Origin: Candidatus Eiseniibacteriota bacterium
GTDB taxonomy: Bacteria; Eisenbacteria; RBG-16-71-46
Length of the DNA stretch: 64,000 nt
Reading direction: 5' to 3'
Assembly (NCBI GenBank): GCA_963717505.1
Contig: OY970342.1
Coordinates: 2,176,001 to 2,240,000 of the forward strand
The notes under the pieces were generated by a model, which saw nothing but the letters and a program-made list of their open reading frames with translations, had not been told where the DNA came from and searched no databases. The translations under genes were made by a program, and so were the position numbers. Numbering within the stretch: position 1 is the stretch's first letter; each line of letters opens with the position of its first letter. Shown in pieces: positions 58,444-64,000 of this stretch.

Positions 58444-60852
58444 CTAAGGCACCGCTACGACGTTCCCCGACGTTCCCGTGACGCCACTCGGCGCAGCACC
58501 CGATCCGCCCACGCCGCCCGGTCCGCCGATCCCCGGTCCGCCGATCAGATAGGTCGGACCCACGATTGACGGGGCCGAGGCGATGGCGCGCGCGATTCCA
58601 GCGCTCCAGCCGCCGGCTCCGCCCGATCCGCCGCCGCCCGTGCCACCGTTCCCTCCGCGTCCACCCGCGCCACCGGCCCCAGAATCACCGGCACCCAGGC
58701 CACCGGGTCCGCCATTGCCGCCGGCGCCGCCTGCACCGCCGGCTCCACCACCGCCGCCAGTTCCGCCGGTCCCCGTCGCAAACGAGCACGCGTTGAAGAT
58801 GGGTGAGGAGCTGACGAGGAAGACCGCGAATGACGCACCGCCACCAGTGCCGCCCGATCCGCCCGTGCCGTACCCGCCGCCGCCGCCGCCACCGCCACCA
58901 CCGCCGCCCATATCTGGCAGGCAGGGTCCTGCGCCGCTGTTGAGGCCGCCGCCACCACCGCCGCCGCCCGAAGCACCCTGGCCGCCGGTGCCTGAGCCAC
59001 CGATATTTCCAGCACCCGGAGTCCAGTTGCCGCCCATCACCGAGCCGGCTGCTCCAACCGGGCCGGCCGATCCGGGGCTCCCCGCGCAACCTGCCATGCC
59101 GACTCCGCCGTTACCGGCGACCACGAAGCACGCGCTCGATTTGGCGCCTCCCGCGCCGCCAGTGCCGCAACCGAGGGGGGGGTGCAGGACGACCGCACTC
59201 TCTCCGGGAAGACCCGCATTGTTGTAACCACCCTGGCCGCCCTGTACGCCCCTGGTTCCCCCGGGAGAACCAAGGTCGCCGCCACCCGCGGGGCCACCGC
59301 CGCTAGGGCTATCCGAGGCCCCGTTTCCTCCCGCGGGCGCGTTTGGTGCCGCGCCGCCTGGGATTCCGGCTGCGCCGACAGTGCCTGGTGCGCCGTTGCC
59401 CGCCACGAACTTGCAGTCGACGAATCGCAGGGCGTTGGAGCTGTTCTGTGTACGCAGCGCGATCGAGTTTGCGCCCGGCGCCACCGCGTTCGCGGCGCGC
59501 ACGTCGAGCCCGCTGATGATGGTCTGCACCACGATGTTGTTTGCGGCCGCCGGCACGCTGCCGACGTTGACGATGCTGTACGCACCGGGCGTTCGCACCC
59601 AGGTCGCCGGGTTGAAGCCGCCGTGCACCTCGATGCCGCCGGTGAAGGTCGGCACCTCGCCATACGAGTCGTTGGAAACCAGAACCTTGGGGGCGCACGA
59701 TGAGCTCACCGCCGCGGTGGCGGCATTGATTCCCGCCGCGATGGTCAGGAACGGGGAGGCCTTGCTGCCGTTGCCCACGGCCGAGCCGGTCGACGCCGAC
59801 ACATAGAAGGTGTCGGGGTCGTAGATCGTGAAGTTCACGACCGCGAAGCCGAATCCGCCGTCGTCGTCCCGCACGGTGAGCCGCGCACGGTAGGCGCCCG
59901 CCGAATAGAGATGGGTCGTGTTGCCGCTGACGGCGCTGCTGTAGTCGTTGATACCGTCGTCCTCGAAATCCCAGTCGTAGCGGACGATCGATCCGTCGGG
60001 ATCGCTACCCGTTCCGTTGAGCGAGACCGGGTCGAGCGCGCACGAGCCGACGACGTTTGCGCTCGCCGTCGGCGGGATGTTGCGGTTGAGCAGTAGTTCC
60101 ATGGAGCCGACGTCCACCGAGTCGCCGGCGAAGCTCAGCGTGCCACCGCTCGTGGCGTCGAGGAATCCGCCGTGTATGCCGGTGAGAACATGCGTTCCAA
60201 TCGGCACGTCGGTCATCACCCAATCGCCCGCGGCGTCGGTCACCGCCAGGAACGAGGTGCCATCCACATAGACCACGATTCCGGAATGGGACGCTTCGCC
60301 TTCGAGTGTCGCGACGCCCGAAAACGTGCCGGTCGGGAGCAGGCTGATGTTGACGAACGTGGTGTCGGCGGTGATCGTCGGAATGCCGATGCGCTCGAAG
60401 CCCGCCTGATGGTGGCGCGTGGTGCCGGTGACCAGGTAGTCGCCGACCGGCACGTCGTTGAAGGCGAACCGGCCCTGGCCGTCGGACACGGTCACGCGGA
60501 GGTTCTCGGAGTCGACGCCGGGGTCGAGGCCGGGCTTGCCGGCCGACAACGCGCTCGAGCCTGTGCCCACGACCTGCGGCCGCACGCTGAACGGCGCGTC
60601 GATCGTGCGACGCACCGCCGCCGATAGGCCGTTCACGACCGGCTCGAGAGTCACCACCACGCCCGCGCCGGGAGCATTGTTCTGGAGCCGGATGACCCCC
60701 GCGACCACGGCGCCGTTCGGCGTTTCGGCGATCGGTTCCAGAACACTCTGGCGACCGCAACCCGCGGCGAAGAACAGCGCCGCGATCAGGAGCGATCCGG
60801 CAGCTCCCCACGAAACCAGCAACGATGTCGAGCGGCGATGCGCGTGCGTCAT
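58444..60852 (-). CDS. lipoprotein with carboxypeptidase-regulatory-like and PKD domains and a PE-PGRS-like Gly-rich tail
   Basis: lipobox-like FAAGC; SDGQGRFAF..VP.GDY; SDPDGSIV.YDWDF..H.YS.G.Y...LTV.D; long GGxGG repeats. Confidence 0.8.
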   Translation of the reverse strand: MTHAHRRSTSLLVSWGAAGSLLIAALFFAAGCGRQSVLEPIAETPNGAVVAGVIRLQNNAPGAGVVVTLEPVVNGLSAAVRRTIDAPFSVRPQVVGTGSSALSAGKPGLDPGVDSENLRVTVSDGQGRFAFNDVPVGDYLVTGTTRHHQAGFERIGIPTITADTTFVNISLLPTGTFSGVATLEGEASHSGIVVYVDGTSFLAVTDAAGDWVMTDVPIGTHVLTGIHGGFLDATSGGTLSFAGDSVDVGSMELLLNRNIPPTASANVVGSCALDPVSLNGTGSDPDGSIVRYDWDFEDDGINDYSSAVSGNTTHLYSAGAYRARLTVRDDDGGFGFAVVNFTIYDPDTFYVSASTGSAVGNGSKASPFLTIAAGINAATAAVSSSCAPKVLVSNDSYGEVPTFTGGIEVHGGFNPATWVRTPGAYSIVNVGSVPAAANNIVVQTIISGLDVRAANAVAPGANSIALRTQNSSNALRFVDCKFVAGNGAPGTVGAAGIPGGAAPNAPAGGNGASDSPSGGGPAGGGDLGSPGGTRGVQGGQGGYNNAGLPGESAVVLHPPLGCGTGGAGGAKSSACFVVAGNGGVGMAGCAGSPGSAGPVGAAGSVMGGNWTPGAGNIGGSGTGGQGASGGGGGGGGLNSGAGPCLPDMGGGGGGGGGGGGYGTGGSGGTGGGASFAVFLVSSSPIFNACSFATGTGGTGGGGGAGGAGGAGGNGGPGGLGAGDSGAGGAGGRGGNGGTGGGGSGGAGGWSAGIARAIASAPSIVGPTYLIGGPGIGGPGGVGGSGAAPSGVTGTSGNVVAVP

Positions 60853-60880
60853 GACAGTGCCTCCGGCTTAGGCATCGGGG

Positions 60881-61483
60881 TCATTGGGTTCGGACCATTC
60901 GTTGAACGAGGAGCAGGTGGTCGGTTTGGAAACGAATGAAGTAGAGACCAGGCGCGGTCGCCGCACCGGCGGCGTCGAGCAGATTCCATTCGACGCTGTG
61001 TTCGCCGGGTGGCAATGTGGCGCTGCCCCAGCCGCGCACGAACCGACCCTGCAGGTCGTGAATCGAGATCTCGACGCGTGCGGGCGCCAACAGCGTCCAG
61101 CGGATCGTGGTTCGTTCCCGCGCTGGGTTGGGCGATGGCGGCGCCAACTTGAGAAGTCCCGGCGAGGCGCCAACCTCGACGTCGGTCGTGCCGGTCACCA
61201 CCACGCCGCGCAGGTAGGCGACCTGGTAGTCGTCGACGCGCACCTCGAGGTCGTAGGTCGCGGGCGGAACGTTCGCGATGCAGAAGGCGCCGGCCACGTC
61301 GGTTGCCCCGTAGATCCCGGTGTAGACGCCGGACGGAGTGCGCAGGAAGACGCCGGCGTGCGCGACCGGGGCGCTGGTCTGACGGTCGGTGACCGTCCCG
61401 CACAGAGTGCCCGCGGCTCCGACGGCCGGGGTGAGAGCGGCGAACAGGAAGGCGAGAATCGTGTTGCGTCGATGCCGCGGCAT
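60881..61483 (-). CDS. small secreted protein: carboxypeptidase-regulatory-like domain plus FlgD-Ig C-terminal domain
   Basis: signal peptide; GTVTD, TDVAGAF.I.NVPP.TY; PSPNP...HDLQGR...PGLYF. Confidence 0.8.
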   Translation of the reverse strand: MPRHRRNTILAFLFAALTPAVGAAGTLCGTVTDRQTSAPVAHAGVFLRTPSGVYTGIYGATDVAGAFCIANVPPATYDLEVRVDDYQVAYLRGVVVTGTTDVEVGASPGLLKLAPPSPNPARERTTIRWTLLAPARVEISIHDLQGRFVRGWGSATLPPGEHSVEWNLLDAAGAATAPGLYFIRFQTDHLLLVQRMVRTQ

Positions 61484-61579
61484 ACGGTCTCGGAGGTGGT
61501 GCGTCAGGCAGCAGCAACGTCGAATACGAGGTAATAGTTTGAGTTTGGCCGGCGCGCTCGTCAAGCTATCATTCGCGGC

Positions 61580-62677
61580 GTGAATCCCGCCCTGACCCGC
61601 CTTCCCAGGTTTTTCGTGATCGTGCTGTTCGCGCTGCTCGTGCTCGCGAGCGTCGCTCACACGCAACCGGCGCCGCCCCGCGAGGGCGACTTCGTCGCTC
61701 GTGACTTCCGCTTCCAGTCGGGCGAGACGATTCCCGAGCTGCGGCTTCACTACCTGACGCTCGGCAAGCCCGCGCGCGACACGCAGGGCCAGGTCACGAA
61801 CGCGGTACTCGTGCTGCACGGGACCGGCGGTTCGGGCCGTCAGTTCCTGTCGCCTCAGTTCGCCGGCGTGCTCTACGCGCCTGGGGCGCCGCTCGACACC
61901 ACGCGCATGTACATCATCCTGCCCGACGGCATCGGCCATGGACGCTCGAGCAAGCCGAGCGACGGCCTGCGCATGAAGTTCCCGAAGTATGACTACGACG
62001 ACATGGTGCTCGCGCACTATCGGTTGATCACCGAGCACTTGGGCGTTCGCCACCTACGGCTGGTGATGGGCACGTCGATGGGCGGGATGCACTCCTGGGT
62101 GTGGGGTGAGACCTACCCTGAGTTCATGGACGCGTTGATGCCGCTCGCCTGCCAGCCGGTCGCGATCGTCGGTCGCAATCGCCTGTGGCGCAGCATGGTG
62201 ATCGATGCGATCCAGAAGGATCCGGCGTGGCAGGGGGGCGACTACACGACTCAGCCGATGGCCGGGCTGCGCACCGCGACCGATCTATTGATCCTGGCCG
62301 GCTCGGCACCGATGTACATGCAGAAGACGCTCGGCACGCGCGACACGGTCGATCGCTTCCTCGACCGTCAGCTCCAGACGCGCATGGCGACACTCGATGC
62401 CAACGACTTGATCTACCAGGTCGAAGCGTCGCGCAACTACGATCCGTCGCCCAAGCTCGGAGCAATCAAGGCGCCGGTCACGTTCGTGAACTCGGCCGAT
62501 GACTTCATCAACCCGCCCGAGCTGGGGATCGCCGAGCGCGAGATCAAGAAGGTCGCGCGCATCAAGTTCGTGCTGATCCCGGCGAGCGACGAGACGCGCG
62601 GGCACGGGACGCACACCTGGGCCAAGTTCTGGGTGGGGCGTTTGGAGGAGCTGCTGAAGGAGTCGGCCCAGAGGTAG
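61580..62677 (+). CDS. exported alpha/beta hydrolase, homoserine O-acetyltransferase-like
   Basis: VLHGTGG, PDGIGHG.SS, GTSMGG (nucleophile Ser), NSADD, GHGTH. Confidence 0.85.
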   Translation: MNPALTRLPRFFVIVLFALLVLASVAHTQPAPPREGDFVARDFRFQSGETIPELRLHYLTLGKPARDTQGQVTNAVLVLHGTGGSGRQFLSPQFAGVLYAPGAPLDTTRMYIILPDGIGHGRSSKPSDGLRMKFPKYDYDDMVLAHYRLITEHLGVRHLRLVMGTSMGGMHSWVWGETYPEFMDALMPLACQPVAIVGRNRLWRSMVIDAIQKDPAWQGGDYTTQPMAGLRTATDLLILAGSAPMYMQKTLGTRDTVDRFLDRQLQTRMATLDANDLIYQVEASRNYDPSPKLGAIKAPVTFVNSADDFINPPELGIAEREIKKVARIKFVLIPASDETRGHGTHTWAKFWVGRLEELLKESAQR

Positions 62678-62775
62678 CGGTTTCGGTCTCATCGGGCCAT
62701 TGCGTCTTACGGGCGTCAGGCGCAGTATTCATGAACTGCGGAGGCGCACGAACGGCCCCCGCGGCCCAAACCGCC

Positions 62776-64000
62776 ATGGCCGCTTCCCGGTTCTCGCTTG
62801 TTCAGGGCTTGGGGCTTCTTGCGCTGCTGCTCACTTCCCCGGCGGGCGCGCAGGAGGTCGGCGGAGCCATCGAAGGAACCGTCCGTGACCCCTCGGGCGC
62901 GGTCATTCCCCAGGCGCGTGTGGTCGTGACCGCCCGCGCGCTTCAGGGCCAGCGCTCCTCCGTCTCCGACGACCGTGGACGCTTCCATCTGCCGGCTCTA
63001 CCCGTAGGCGTCTATGAAGTCCGCATTTCACGTCTGGGCCTCCGCGAGTTGGTGCTCGAAGGGATCGTCGTTTCGCTTGGGCGCACGACCGAACTGGGTG
63101 ATGTCCAACTCGAATCCGAGGCGATCGAAATCTCGGGCACCACGGTCGTGGCACCGGCTCCAACCCCCACGTCGCGACCGACGACCATGGGTGGGAGTCT
63201 GTCGTCGAGCATGTTTCGCGCCCTGCCAACCGATCGCGACTACCAATCCATCGTCACGCTCCTGCCGCATGCCAGCGTTTCGTACTTTGGCGATCGCGCC
63301 AATCTGTCGGGCACGAGCGGCCCGGAGTCCAACTACTACGTCGACGGGCTCAACGTCGTCGAGCCTCCGGCCAACTCCCGGAGCACGAGCCTGCCGTACA
63401 ACCTGATCGAAGCCGTCGAGGTTCGCGCCGGTGGCTACCAGGCCGAATACGGCGGCGCGGGCGGCGGCATTGTGAACGCGGTGACGGCGTCCGGCGGCAA
63501 TACGTTCAAGAGTCAGCTCTTTGGTTTTTACGCCAACCGGCTCTTCACCACCGGGAGTTCGAGCGTGTCGGCAAAATCGGTGGACCTCGATTCATGGGAT
63601 GTGGGCGGCAGTGTCGAGGGGCCGATCGTGAAGGATCGACTGTGGTTCTTCGTTGCCTACGATCCAGCCCAGGAGCGAGAGTCGCTCGAGATGCCGGGTT
63701 TCGGCACCGTGACCGACGAGAGCTGGTCGCACCGTTTCGCGGCCAAGCTGACGGGCCGCCCCGACGACCGAACGCAGGTGGTGCTCTCGGCGCAGGGCGA
63801 CCCGGGTTCCCACGACCAGGTCGGTGGCCTGGTGCTCACGACCGCGCAGTCGCTCGGCAACCTGGACCCGGTCCTGGTCGAACAGAGCCTTGGCGGCGGC
63901 AGCATTTCGTTGCGACTCACTCGGACGCTGGGTGAGCGAGCGTTTGCCGAAATCGGCGGCGGGTACTTCACGTCGCGCTTTACGTTCGAACCGCGCACCG
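62776..64000 (+). CDS. TonB-dependent receptor (Oar-like) with N-terminal carboxypeptidase-regulatory domain, partial
   Basis: translated by hand: signal peptide, IEGTVRDPSGAVIP, NYYVDGLNV, EVRAGGYQAEYG..GGGIVNAVT.SG, GPIVKDRLWFF; no stop before the window end. Confidence 0.85.
   Translation, partial: MAASRFSLVQGLGLLALLLTSPAGAQEVGGAIEGTVRDPSGAVIPQARVVVTARALQGQRSSVSDDRGRFHLPALPVGVYEVRISRLGLRELVLEGIVVSLGRTTELGDVQLESEAIEISGTTVVAPAPTPTSRPTTMGGSLSSSMFRALPTDRDYQSIVTLLPHASVSYFGDRANLSGTSGPESNYYVDGLNVVEPPANSRSTSLPYNLIEAVEVRAGGYQAEYGGAGGGIVNAVTASGGNTFKSQLFGFYANRLFTTGSSSVSAKSVDLDSWDVGGSVEGPIVKDRLWFFVAYDPAQERESLEMPGFGTVTDESWSHRFAAKLTGRPDDRTQVVLSAQGDPGSHDQVGGLVLTTAQSLGNLDPVLVEQSLGGGSISLRLTRTLGERAFAEIGGGYFTSRFTFEPRT

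Noticed and set aside
1902-62053. Long antisense or alternative-frame ORFs (e.g. 1902-3434, 5610-7094, 44771-46285, 46480-47985, N-terminal part of 60881-62053)
   Set aside because: These are shadow ORFs expected at high GC; they overlap well-supported genes and have no recognisable motifs.
1-64000. tRNA, rRNA, IS transposase, integrase or prophage genes
   Set aside because: None recognised by eye; a tRNAscan/Infernal/ISEScan run would be needed to exclude small or divergent elements.

Overview
GC-rich bacterial window, probably from a metagenome-assembled or long-read contig. Frameshifts are frequent in 1-31.3 kb and absent from the long ORFs after that. 1-10.5 kb: a GT-C-like membrane protein, a Qrc/ACIII-like respiratory operon (multiheme cytochrome c, Tat molybdopterin-oxidoreductase-like subunit, Fe-S subunit, NrfD, monoheme cytochrome c), TfoX-like and DUF1059-like genes, and mglB-mglA-pgpA. 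10.6-40.3 kb: a mosaic defence/toxin-antitoxin island. It holds a type III R-M system with a nested ABC-ATPase/TOPRIM-like gene, BlaI/M56-TPR, three HTH-MNT and two HEPN genes, AbiEi/AbiEii, truncated AAA and Fic genes, a GHKL ATPase, ParDE, an orphan XRE and a DUF2779-like Cas4-type nuclease/3'-5' exonuclease fusion. Most notable: diverged fragments of that nuclease gene recur around it (a 5' fragment at 18.7 kb; 3' fragments of about 13, 229 and 455 bp at 37.3 and 38.8 kb), and the downstream ones separate unrelated cargo genes. This suggests an integrase-free, gene-anchored cassette accretion locus. 40.4-64 kb: glyoxalase, tryptophanase plus cysteine synthase, DUF1800/DUF1501, an ARPP-1-like protein, a site-2 protease, an alpha/beta hydrolase, several large secreted repeat proteins with a shared FlgD-Ig/T9SS-like C-terminal domain, and the start of a TonB-dependent receptor. 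No CRISPR array, rRNA, tRNA, integrase or reverse transcriptase was recognised. Family assignments come from motif recognition only; no searches were run.
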